A DNA stretch of 64,000 bases from Heterostelium pallidum (lineage: Eukaryota), in contig NW_008805086.1 of NCBI RefSeq assembly GCF_000004825.1, positions 901,410 to 965,409 on the forward strand, in the 5' to 3' direction. Of this stretch, positions 11,055 through 21,345 are shown piece by piece; position 1 is the stretch's first letter, and each line of letters opens with the position of its first letter. A model generated the notes under the pieces. The model did not search any database. It was given only the letters and a program-made list of their open reading frames with translations, and was not told where the DNA came from. Position numbers and translations under genes: made by a program.

Positions 11055-13179
11055 ATGGAACAAATAGATTTAGCAAATCACCTTTTACTTTTCAATAGTG
11101 AGTTGGAGACTTTGGTTAAACTAAATGATAGTTACTCTCAAGATCTGAAATCAAGTGAACAATCACTACAAATCACAAAGGAGTTACTTGATAAAGAGAT
11201 TGATAAGAACAACAAACTAATCAATCAACTTGAACACTACAAACAACAATTGGATAATGGAAACAGCAACAATATTAGTAATAGTAATAATAATATTTCC
11301 AATTATTCACATGATCAAGTGGAACAAGCAAATCACTCAATAAATACAAACAACTTTCAAAACATTGAAATTAATCAACAACAACAACCAGCTAGCAATA
11401 ATAACAATAGCTATAATTATAAAGAAGAGAGCGGAGAAGAAGTTGAAATACTAAAAGATCGTTATAATAATGTTTATTCAGAGTTGACAAATTCATTGCT
11501 AAAGATAGAGTCGTTGGAGATTGCCTATAGTGACTTGGATAAATCGTTGAATGAACGATCCGAAGGTTCGAAACAAACGATTGCCAGATTGGAGAGCGAG
11601 TTGAGTGTGGCGCTGGCGCAGTTGGCGGTTAAGGACAACGAGTTGAGCGAGATGCATAGAATGCATGCACAAGAGAGTTCCGCACAGTCACGTGACCTCA
11701 TAGAGAGTTACCACAAGATGAAGGAGGAATACGAGAGTATGATTGAACAGATCAACAGTGAGCACAACACCGCTTTGGAACGAATGAACGCACAGAGCAC
11801 CGAGAAATCCAGTCAGGTGACCGATCAGCTGAGTCGGGTGCAGTCGGACAACAGCGAGTTGCAGAAACGAATCGATCAGCTGCAACAGGATCTCGAGAAG
11901 TTCAAGGATGACTGTGAATTCCTGACGATTGAGAATCAGCAGAACACCAGGGATTTGGAGCAGTCGAAGGAGGTGAACAGACAGTGGAAGGAGAAATTCG
12001 ATAAGGTTGGCGATGAACGCGCGGAAATCGAGAGATTGGCGAATGACAATTTGGAGGAGGTGAAGCGTTCGGCCGCCAAAGAGAAGTTGGCAGCGGATGA
12101 GCAGTGTCAAAAGTTGAGAGAACAGTTGGAGCTGGCCGGTCAACTTAGAGAAGACGAGATTACAAAGCGATTGGCTGATTCACTGGATAAGTTGGAACAG
12201 CAAAAGAATAAGGAGATCGAGGTGTACAAGGGTGGTGCTGTCGAGATAGTAAGACTGACGGAACAACTCGAACAATCACAGAAACAACTACAACAAACCA
12301 ATCAACAATATCAACAGCTACAAAACAATTTCAAACAAATGGAGAACAACGCACAACTACGAATCGAAGCATTACAAACTGATAAGGATTCACTTGAAAA
12401 TCAATTGGATCAACTTGGAAATCGAATTAAAATAATGGATCAACAAATTATATTATTAGAAAATAATAGAAATAACAAAAATGATAATAATAATAATAAT
12501 AATGATAAAGAAGAAAGCAGTAGTAATAATAGTAATGATAATAATATAGATAATAATGAAATGACAATTAAATATAATGAATTATTTGGTGAATTTAAAA
12601 AGTTAAAAGATAGTTTGGTGGAAAAAGATAAGGATATTAATGTTTTAGAGGATAACTATAAAGATAGAATAGAGTATCTGGAACAATCGATAAGAGAAAA
12701 AGATAGACAACTACAGCTGGGAGTACACAATAATCAAAACCAACGAGAAACAATTAAATTGGACGAGCGTGTAAAGTCATTGGTTCAGAGAACACTCAAA
12801 TCCAATCGTAGAAAGTATAATGAATCACAATCGATTTACAAACTATCGGATCAACGTTACATTGTAAATTCAACACCAGTAGAAATAACCATAGATGAAA
12901 ATGATAAACTTTTAGGTATGTACAAAGATAAATATATTGTAAACAATTGATCAACTGAACATAATCACCTAACTAACTAACTAACTATTTTTAATATTAT
13001 TATAATCAAACAAAGCGAAACAAAGCGGAGCATTAGTTTCAGTACCTTTGGAATCATATTTTGTAAAACAAGAACCATTTGTAACCTGGGAGAGAGTTTT
13101 GGCCATTCTATTAGGATTTTTCTTTGCATTCTACCTTTTTGTGAAAGTTTATCCCTTCCAAATTAGGTATTTTAATTAA
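11055..13179 (+). CDS. long coiled-coil protein with predicted C-terminal tail-anchor exon; exons 11055-12915 and 13016-13179
   Basis: Exon 1 ORF of 631 aa is a heptad-rich, Q/E/K/L coiled coil with N-rich tracts. A GTATGT donor at 12916 lies 30 nt before the ORF stop. A phase-1 acceptor at aaacaaag|CG (13015) opens an exon encoding ...VTWERVLAILLGFFFAFYLFVKVYPFQIRYFN*, a TM helix followed by a short tail. The intron is 100 nt and AT-rich. Confidence 0.55.
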
Positions 13180-13359
13180 ACATTCATTATTACAATTAAA
13201 ATATTGAAAATTACAAGTAAATATAAATTTAGTGTAACAGAGCAGTAGTTATTATTTTAATATTATTAATTAGTAAAGATAATTAACTTTGGTAGTAGTA
13301 TAGTTATTGATTGTTTTAAAAAAAAAAGAGGTTATTATTATTATTTTAATTTTGTTTTA

Positions 13360-14252
13360 CTAATTTACATTGACTGAGGCATGATTGTGTTCTGGCAAAC
13401 CATATTCATCCACTGCCGAAGGCTCTGTAGTCGGTGCAGATGGTATCAAATAGGATGGTGTATCTTCAAGTTCCAATTCATCATCCATTGACATTAATTC
13501 TAGAGTGGAGAATATGATAAATGTTAATTAACGTTAGATTGTTTATATTAAATTAGGTAAAAGCAAAACAACTTACCGGCTTCTAATTCAGATTCGTCTA
13601 AACTGTCTGGTGTTGTATATGCTCTGCTCATAGATTGTTGAAGGTCGTTGTTGAAATCTAGAAGATCTTGCATCTCGTCTTGCAAGCTATCGACATCGTC
13701 TACATTGATATGTTTGAATTGCTGTTTCATCTCTTTGGCACCCTGTTTCATTGCAGAGACCATCGTAACTGTATCTTGCATCGATTGTGTTGCAAATTTA
13801 GTTTGTTCCATATTGAATGATTGCTGTGATAATTGATCTCTTTGTGCCTCATACCTATAATCATCATTATCCATGTGTGTTGTGTGTTAGAGTTTGTTAA
13901 TTATTCAATATCTGTGTGTAGCAGCAGTACTCTTTCTTACATTTTCTTTTGTTTCATTACTCTCATAGCCTTTGCTTTTATACCGTTTTGGGCGGGACCT
14001 GGTCTTGTATTCTTTATCTGTTGTCTATAGACAGCCAACTCTTGATCTAACTTTCTAATCTTATCATCTAAACCACCTATATTCATATCCAACTATAATA
14101 TAGTTTGAACAGATAAATATGTTGTCAGTCAAAGGAAATTATCATACAAATTGAATTGAACGTAATCTAATCAAAATCACACTTACACGCTTGGTTGCTT
14201 CATCAAGAGTTGGAGCAGGTGCTGTTTTTGACATACCAAAGAATCTCTTCAT
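13360..14252 (-). CDS. vps60: ESCRT-III subunit Vps60/CHMP5; 4 exons about 14252-14187, 14092-13940, 13854-13577, 13499-13360; apparent 1-nt frameshift in exon 2
   Basis: Exon 1 MKRFFGMSKTAPAPTLDEATKR, exon 3 YEAQRDQLSQQSFNMEQ...DESELEA and exon 4 ELMSMDDELELEDTPSYLIPSAPTTEPSAVDEYGLPEHNHASVNVN* align to human CHMP5 over nearly its full length. Donors are GTAAGT/GTAAGA and acceptors are ..TATAG/..CTAG. In exon 2 the reading switches frame at ggtcccgcccaaaacgg, about 13993-14000. Confidence 0.85.
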
Positions 14253-14685
14253 TTTCAATCTTATCTGTGTTTATCTTTAAAATTGTACAAAATATGTAAT
14301 GTAATATGTAATCTAATCTATCTAAAATCTTATTAATTATTTTTAAATAATAATAAAAATGAATAAACAACACCTATAATAATAAATATAATATAAATAT
14401 ATATATATAACTCTTAAATTAAATGAATATAAAAAAAAACTTAATAAAACTGGTTAATATTAGAGGTAATTACAAAAAAAAATATAAAATTAAAAAAAAA
14501 AAACAAAATAATCTTTCAAATTTGAAAATTGGGGGTAAACCTCCTGCATTATTAAGAATGACCAACAAACAAAGATATATTTCATCAACTGATTTAACTT
14601 TTACTTATTCTTTTCCATTATAATTATAATCTGCTACTATTTGATCAAAAATATTAAATATATTTATTTTTGAATGAAAACTTAC

Positions 14686-14716
<31 letters not shown>

Positions 14717-14929
14717 CTTGAAAAATATTATTTTTTTTCATTTTATAACTACAATATAAATAAAGTAGCAATAAATAACTTATCTAATATTATTTTATTA
14801 TAAATCTCTATCTTCTTAATAAAATCACATTTTTTTTGGTTGATAAACGAAAAAAAAAAAGAAGTTCGTTGCATTTTTAAAAAAACAATTAAAATTAATG
14901 AAAATTTTGAAAATTCCAATGGTGTGTGC

Positions 14930-15030
14930 GTGTGTGGGTCGTGATCGCTGGCATCGCTCCATAGTATAGACTTTGTGTTAAAGAGATAACCCTTTCGAGA
15001 CGTTTACTTGTATCTGATACCGTTAGGCAC
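14930..15030 (+). promoter_or_regulatory. GC-rich island immediately upstream of the rplp1 start codon (candidate core promoter / 5' UTR)
   Basis: gtgtgtgcgtgtgtgggtcgtgatcgctggcatcgctccatagtatagac sits within otherwise more than 85 percent AT intergenic DNA. A similar island containing gtgtgtgc lies upstream of rpl36a at 49640-49740. Confidence 0.25.
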
Positions 15031-15031
15031 C

Positions 15032-15535
15032 ATGAATTCAGCATTAGCCATCAATTACGCTACCCTCATCTTGCAAGACGAGAAGGTATGATAACATTTC
15101 TACACACAATACACACACCACACATCAGCTAAGCAGAGAGTCGAGAAGAGAAATGAAATTAGAATAGTTTTGTTAATGTAGTGAATCTCTTCATCTAATA
15201 TAGGCACCAATCACTGTCGAAAGCATCGTTGCTATCGCCAAGGCTGCCGGTATCACCGTCCCAGCCTACATGGCCCAATTGTACATCAACACCTTCGCCA
15301 AGAAGTCTGTTGAGTCCATCTTGGACAGCGTCTCCGCTGTTGCTGTAGCTGCCCCAGCCGCCGCTGCTGCCCCAGCTGCTGCCGCCGCCGCCAAGAAGGA
15401 GGAGCCAAAGAAGGAAGAGAAGAAGGAAGAGTCTGACGACGATATGGTAAGTTTATTTATTTAGTTTATTCTTATTGAGTTATCACTAATCACACTTTTT
15501 CACCAATTCTATAGGGTATGGGACTTTTCGATTAA
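15032..15535 (+). CDS. rplp1: 60S acidic ribosomal protein P1; exons 15032-15085, 15204-15446, 15515-15535
   Basis: MNSALAINYATLILQDEK | APITVESIVAIAKAAGITVP...AAAAAKKEEPKKEEKKEESDDDM | GMGLFD*. Ala-rich hinge and the canonical SDDDMGFGLFD-type C-terminus. Introns are GTATGA..ATATAG and GTAAGT..CTATAG. Strong non-AT codon bias. Confidence 0.9.
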
Positions 15536-15742
15536 AAAACCTTACTTAATAAAAAATCAGATAATTTTAGGTTATAAAATTTAATTGTATCACATGATTT
15601 ATTGCTGAATAAGTTGTCAATCAATAGAATATAAAAAAAAATTTTTTAATGAAACATTTATAATTTGTAAAAAACTAAAGAAAAGGAATCTAAAGAGTCT
15701 ATTTTATTGAAAGGATTGACTAATGATTGGTTGATAATTATA

Positions 15743-16530
15743 TTATTTCTTGATTAGTTCAAATGGTCCAGAAGGAGAATAACCATCTACTGAGGACAAC
15801 AAAATAGATTTATCTAACATAATCTTGTATTGTTGATTTCCTGTAGTTATTCTCAGATCATATTCATTGGGATCTAACATAAAAATACGGCACATCCTCT
15901 TTTTTTTTTTTTTAAGTTTAATTTCAATAAAATATTATTAACTATTATACTTACAGATATCACTGATTCCACTTTGGTTTGGACACTGATATAGGTAGAA
16001 ATTGTTGTAAATTTTCAGCTGACATAGAATCTAATCAACTTTCCATTTTTGAAATCAATCTTTGGAAGTCCATCTGATTTTTTAACAGATCTTTTAAAAA
16101 GGAGTTGGACACCCAAATAATTTTGAAAAATATGTGCACAATTTTTCTGGGATAATCTACTTTTAAGTGTACTTCAAGAAAATCAGTTCCTTTTTAAAGA
16201 AAAAAAAAAAGAAAGTTAGTTTCAAATTAATGATATTGAATAGAAAAAAAAAATACCTGGGATCAATATTAATTCATTAATAGTAGGACCAGCTCCTTTT
16301 ATTGAAGTTTGATTCAATTTCCAATAATTAAACCATTCTAATGGTACTATATAAATAGATTGTCTTTTTGAGATTTTTTGAATAATTCCAAATATTTTAT
16401 TGCTTTTTGCATACTTTCATTATAGTATTTTTCATTGTTCTTAAGAGTTTAGAGTGAGTTATTTATTTCCTCCAGTGTGTTATAGCAATCAATTTCACAA
16501 ATTTCAGTTTCCTTCTCCATTTGAATAAAA
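15743..16530 (-). CDS. multi-exon gene or gene relic of unknown function (structure unresolved)
   Basis: Exon-like segments: IYIVPLEWFNYWKLNQTSIKGAGPTINELILIPG (about 16340-16262, GTATTT donor), then GTDFLEVHLKVDYPRKIVHIFFKIIWVSNSFLKDLLKNQMDFQRLISKMES (about 16191-16040), then a 3' ORF MCRIFMLDPNEYDLRITTGNQQYKIMLDKSILLSSVDGYSPSGPFELIKK* (stop 15743). A short 5' ORF MEKETEICEIDCYNTLEEINNSL runs to about 16530. The upstream exons are not cleanly joined. Confidence 0.3.
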
Positions 16531-17071
16531 ATATTTATTTGTAAACAAATAAAAAATAAATTGTTAATGAAACAAATTTCTAAAGTATCAATTTAAATAT
16601 ATTAATCCAAATTATGATATACTTATTTGGTACCAAGATAATACAATGATGTGTATATAGTGTAGATCTTTTTTTTTTCTATTCAATATATTCTAGTTTT
16701 CTATCGTTTGTTGCAGTAGCTTTGTTATTTACTTCACATTGTATTCGATTTATTGATTAGTTTTACTTATTATTAGATTAGATTCCATTGAAACAATTTT
16801 TAAATTTAATAATCATGAATGTGATCAAAAAGGAACTTAAATCAAACATGAAAAGCAACTTGAAGACTGTAGTATTTTCATTTATTAATTTTGTTTGTGT
16901 ATCGGGAATATTGATGTCCAAGTACACTTCGACGGGGCAAGCACGAATCCTCAGCTCAACAACAATAAGACAAACAAATATAAAAGCAAAACAATTTAAG
17001 ATAAAATCAAAGCTAAATATATTATTTAATAAAATTTAAATATTTGATTTTATAATTAGTTGTTGTATACA

Positions 17072-17250
17072 CGGGAGGCAACCAGCATAGGGACGAGAGG
17101 AGACCAGCATAACTACGAGAGATAACTGGCATAACGACGAGAGGAAACCAGCATAATAACGAGAAGAGTCTGGATTAACGACGAGAGGAAACCGGCATAA
17201 TAACGAGTGGAGTCTGGCATAACGACGAGAGTAGACCGGCATAGTAATTG
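17072..17250 (+). repeat. tandem array of about 22-bp repeats (family A: ggcataacgacgagaggaaacc)
   Basis: About 8 direct copies with variants (ataactacgagag, ataataacgagaag). Confidence 0.85.
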
Positions 17251-17639
17251 AAGATACAAATCATATATGTAAAAAATGATTATTTTGAATTAAATATATA
17301 TTTTTTTATTAAAAACCAAAAAAAATAAAAAAATTAATAAATGTAATTATAATTGATCAAATCAATTTTTTTTAAAGTAAGTTAGAATACTACCACACAC
17401 ATATCAATAATATATGCTATGTTAAGAGAAGTGAGGTGATTTACAATAGATCAAGATTGCAAGAAGATTATAAAGAATTAAGAGAAACTAATTAAAAAAT
17501 AAATTTAAATCTTTTTATAGGTTGAATGGTTTCACTTCACTGTTATAATTAAATTAAATCAGTTGTTTCCGAATTAAGTTCTTAATTACTCAGACATCAA
17601 AAAAAATTATTAAAGATTTTATATAAACATTTAGACAAT

Positions 17640-18120
17640 AAAATACAGCTACCAACAGAACCACAACTGACAACAACCACAACATCAAATAATTCATCAA
17701 CACCTCCAAACTCACTCATTTCCAGAAATATTTCATAAAGTTGAGGTTGATGATGTTGTTGGATAAGCGATAGTGGAATGACATTTGCTACTTCTGCTCC
17801 TGGTCAAGTAATTCAACATTTATAAGTATTTGGATTCAACAAAATTACTATTTCAATAAAAATTTAAACTACCCTTATAATTATCTATTAATTTTATTTT
17901 ATCGATTTGTGAAACTGAAGGAGTAGTTGAGCAGATGGAAATTGAGAGTGGCGTGTTCATCGGTAACCTAGTTATGGAGTTGATGGTAATTGAGTTGTAG
18001 AGTTGATCGAAACTAAGATATGTAGTTGAGGTAAGTATCTACAGTATCTGAGTTGTGGAGTTGACGGAAACTCTGGCTTCGGGCAACTAAGTATGGCAAT
18101 TGAGTCATCAACTCAGTCCA
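17640..18120. repeat. left inverted-repeat core (reverse complement of 24123-24515)
   Basis: For example 17725-17840 (ttcataaagttgaggttgatgatgttgttggataagcgatagtggaatgacatttgctacttctgctcctggtcaagtaattcaacattta) matches the reverse complement of 24365-24480. The left arm also contains an extra internal tandem copy. Confidence 0.8.
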
Positions 18121-18475
18121 GTTACTCAGTTCGGTAACTAAGTCAGTCCGGTAACTAACTCAATCTGGTAACTCAGTCCGGTAACTCAGTCCGGTAACTA
18201 ACTCAATCAGGTAACTCAGTCAGGTAACTCAGTCCGGTAACTCAATCCGGTAACTCAGTCCGGTAACTGAGTCCGGTAACTGAGTCAGGTAACTGAGTCC
18301 GGTAACTAACTCAATCTGGTAACTCAGTCCGGCAACTCAGTCCGGTAACTAACTCAATCTGGTAACTGAGTCGGGTAACTAACTCAATCTGGTAACTCAA
18401 TCTGGTAACTGAGTCCGGTAACTAACTCAATCTGGTAACTCAGTCAGGTAACTCAGTCCAGCAACTAAGTGGAAT
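18121..18475 (+). repeat. tandem array of 13-17-bp repeats (family B: ggtaactcagtcc / ggtaactaactcaatct)
   Basis: More than 20 direct units are visible directly. Confidence 0.85.
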
Positions 18476-18719
18476 CAACTCTGTTAATAAAAGAAATAAT
18501 TAAAAAGAATTTGAAAGATATCAACTTTTTATTTAAAATTTGATTGATTGATATTGTTGTTTTAAGTTTTAATTTATGAGTGTGGGGTGTGTATTATGTT
18601 ATCAGCAAGGAAATAAGTAGTATTATTATTAATAAAAGTAGAAGTAGGTGAAGAAAACAATGTTGGTATTATTATTATTAGCTACATGTTTGTTATATAT
18701 TGGTTGATTGATTGACAAT

Positions 18720-19700
18720 GTTAACTAATTTTATGTTAATCTTCTCATTTATTTCTTTGGAGCGGTTGCAGCAGCTTCCTTCTCTTCATCCTTCTCCTTT
18801 TCGACTTCATCTACCAACTATTCGACTTCGGATTCCTTGAACAATTTAATTGGTTCATTTCATTTATTGATAGCAATTTCAATATTCTTATTTCCTGATT
18901 CTACAACCTATTTATTTGTTAATATTACAATAGTATTAATAATAATAGTTAGTCATAGTTGTTTACTATATTTATAGTAATAAATGAATAATATATTATT
19001 ACCTCAAGAAATGATCTAACAGACAATTTAATTGAAGCAGTATCACTCTCATCTGTAAAGTTCTTCTCTAAAAATTCACTGACAGTCTTTGAGTTACGTC
19101 CGATGGCGGCTGCCTGTTCCTTCAATGAACCGGGTGGATCTGTTTGAAAAAGTTTTGGTGTACCGTCTGAATCGAAACCGACAATCAATGTAGAAATACC
19201 GAATGTCTAACACCACCACTTTGTGTATCTCTATAACAATTGTTTAAAATTCATTAAATTAGTATCAATATTTGACTCGATCGCTATAATCTTTTTGTTT
19301 TGTTCAAAGTATATTTACTTGTTGAATTCCAGCGATATATTTAGAGATATTCTACAGATGGTACATCATCCAATGATAATCTATATGATTGACACTCAAC
19401 AAGAGCATATAATAAAATCATAAATAGATAATAAATATATAAAAATGTATAAATGTGTTAATGTTAATTAATAAGTTACTAATAAAGCTATAAATAATGA
19501 TGATAATGATGATTATAATTATTATGTTTCATAAATGATATTAAACTTACCTTATTATATCTATAAATATGAATAAATAGATCGATTGTTGCTTGAATTA
19601 CTTTAATTAAATAATCAATTATGTGTGGTTATCCCAGACCCTGGAAAGAAAAAAAAAAGGACGAACCCATTGAAATGGATCACTTGGAATAGCTTGATTG
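18720..19700 (-). pseudogene. proteasome subunit alpha type-7 (PSMA7/alpha4) pseudogene
   Basis: The 3' half still reads [63 protein letters not shown] | VESGNKNIEIAINK*NEPIKLFKESEVE*LVDEVEKEKDEEKEAAATAPKK. This is collinear with human PSMA7 but has an in-frame TGA and a TAG where Tyr is expected. Upstream there is an in-frame TAG plus a local frame slip (RYTKWWC*TFGIS versus RYTQSGGVRPFGIS), a 2-nt deletion in ...VEY(I)SKYIAGIQQ, and a heavily decayed 5' half (YNQAIPSDPFQWVR versus [20 protein letters not shown]). Intron positions with GTAATA/GTAAAT donors are still recognisable. Confidence 0.75.
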
Positions 19701-19869
19701 TAATATTGGAAAATAGAATAAAAAAACAATGTTGTCAGTTGTTAGTATTAATTAATGATAGAAACAAATAAATAAAGAACGAATACAAGAATAATTAAAA
19801 TTGTATTCGTTTATAAATTATTTAATAGACCTACAAAAAAAACCTAGAACTTCGTTAACCTGAATTTCA

Positions 19870-20330
19870 CTTTACATATAGTATACAAATATGATATTAA
19901 TAAATAAACAACATTGAAAATAAATAAATAATAAAAAATAAATTAATAATAATATATTACCTTTTCAACGATCCTTCGGCCGTGCCCACCCTGCCGCCCA
20001 TGCAACGACCAGTACCACCACCATATAGCCAAGACCATGACCAAAGAAACCAGACTCTTTTAAGATTGATCTACTATTTTATATATAATATACAAATATG
20101 ATATTAATATATAAAGAAAATTGTAAATAAAAAAAAATAATAAAAAAATAAATAATATATTACCTGTACAACGATCCTTCGATCGTTCCCACCCAGCCAC
20201 CCATGCATCGACCAGTACCAGCACCAGAACCACCAAACCCAGAACCTAGAATCCAGACATCTCTACCATTGATTACCTTGCCGACCCATCCTCCCAAAGT
20301 TCAAGAGACATCTAGCAATTACAATTCCAA
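19870..20330 (-). repeat. tandem duplication (about 190-bp unit, 2-3 copies) of a Gly-rich exon plus its flanking intron-like sequence
   Basis: Units: ...YGGGTGRCMGGRVGTAEGSLKR|gtaata and ...GSGFGGSGAGTGRCMGGWVGTIEGSLYR|gtaata. Between the copies, 3 of 6 substitutions are synonymous in the Gly frame, and all 6 are non-synonymous in the alternative Trp-rich frame. There is no start codon and no complete gene model. Confidence 0.3.
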
Positions 20331-20571
20331 TAACAGAGACCACCACTCCATCCTGTTATTATTATTATTTACTTTTTATTGCTTGGTATTCTAAATTGAT
20401 AGGTATTATTATTTGGTTTTGTTTTGTTTTTGATATTGTTAATAATGTTTAAAATGTAATTGGCAGTGTTGTCAATGTTAGTGTTGATTTTGATGATTTT
20501 GTCGTTTTTCTCTTTCCAACCAGTTGGTCTTCTAAATTGGAAGGTGTTGTGGTTTGGTTTTGATTTATTAT

Positions 20572-21345
20572 TTATTTTTTTATATAGTTGTGAATATAGT
20601 ATTTGATGTTATTAATGTAATCAATGTTAGCAATTACATTGTTGTTATTATTATTGTATTCTATTTTAATTTGATTTGTTGGAATTCTAAATTGATAAGT
20701 TGATTGATTTCCTGTTGATTTAGGGTTATTATTGATTTTGTTTCTCGAATTAAAATTGTCATTTTCGTTCTGATTGTTGTTGTTGTTGTTGTTGTTGTTT
20801 TTATTATCTTTTTTATTTTTAATTGTGGGTTGTTTAAATTGATATGTGTTTTTGTTGCCCTCTTTTTGACTAACTGTTTTTTGTTGCTGTTGCTGTTGTT
20901 GTTGTTGCTGTTGTTGCTGTTGTTGCTGTTGCTGTTGCTGTTGTTGCTTTTGTTCTCTTCTTATTCTTGATCTTTCTTTGGAAAAGTACAAAAGGAACAG
21001 ATTTCGATCTGACTCATCTTTAATCTGCAGTTTCTTTTGGTTGTAAACTGTTACCAAATCCAGTGATAAACTTGTGACTGGAAAGCTTTGGATAACTTCC
21101 TCCAGCGACTTATAATTAACTATATTATTATCTTGTTGTTGTTGTTGTTGTTTGGGTTGCTGTTTATCTTCGAATTCCTTCATTACTCGTACGAATTCAT
21201 GGATAAAGTAATATGAGAAACTCATTCGATCTTCTTCAACTTCGAGCTCAGCTTTCTTTTCGAAATAAATACAAACTAATTCCCACGAATAGCTGGTAAT
21301 TGGAAAATTATCTATTTGATATTTAAGTTGTTGTGACATATGCAT
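20572..21345 (-). CDS. Q/N-rich hypothetical protein with a repeated xTYQF(K/R)xPT motif; probably frame-disrupted at its 3' end
   Basis: 257-aa ORF from a real ATG. It has an internal 40-aa duplication (DNFPITSYSWELVCIYFEKKAELEVEEDR / QSFPVTSLSLDLVTVYNQKKLQIKDESDR), a poly-Q tract, and the motifs KNTYQFKQPT and STYQFRIPTN. Two further motif copies (NTFQFRRPTGW, NNNTYQFRIPSNKK*) continue downstream to about 20400, but in a different frame after an A-rich tract at about 20572. Confidence 0.4.
   Translation of the reverse strand: MHMSQQLKYQIDNFPITSYSWELVCIYFEKKAELEVEEDRMSFSYYFIHEFVRVMKEFEDKQQPKQQQQQQDNNIVNYKSLEEVIQSFPVTSLSLDLVTVYNQKKLQIKDESDRNLFLLYFSKERSRIRREQKQQQQQQQQQQQQQQQQQQQQQQKTVSQKEGNKNTYQFKQPTIKNKKDNKNNNNNNNNNQNENDNFNSRNKINNNPKSTGNQSTYQFRIPTNQIKIEYNNNNNNVIANIDYINNIKYYIHNYIKK

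Noticed and set aside
16788-17039. 83-aa plus-strand ORF abutting the left satellite array
   Set aside because: It has a hydrophobic stretch but no homology pattern. It ends where the repeat array begins and its composition is intergenic. It was kept only as part of the context of the repeat-bounded segment.
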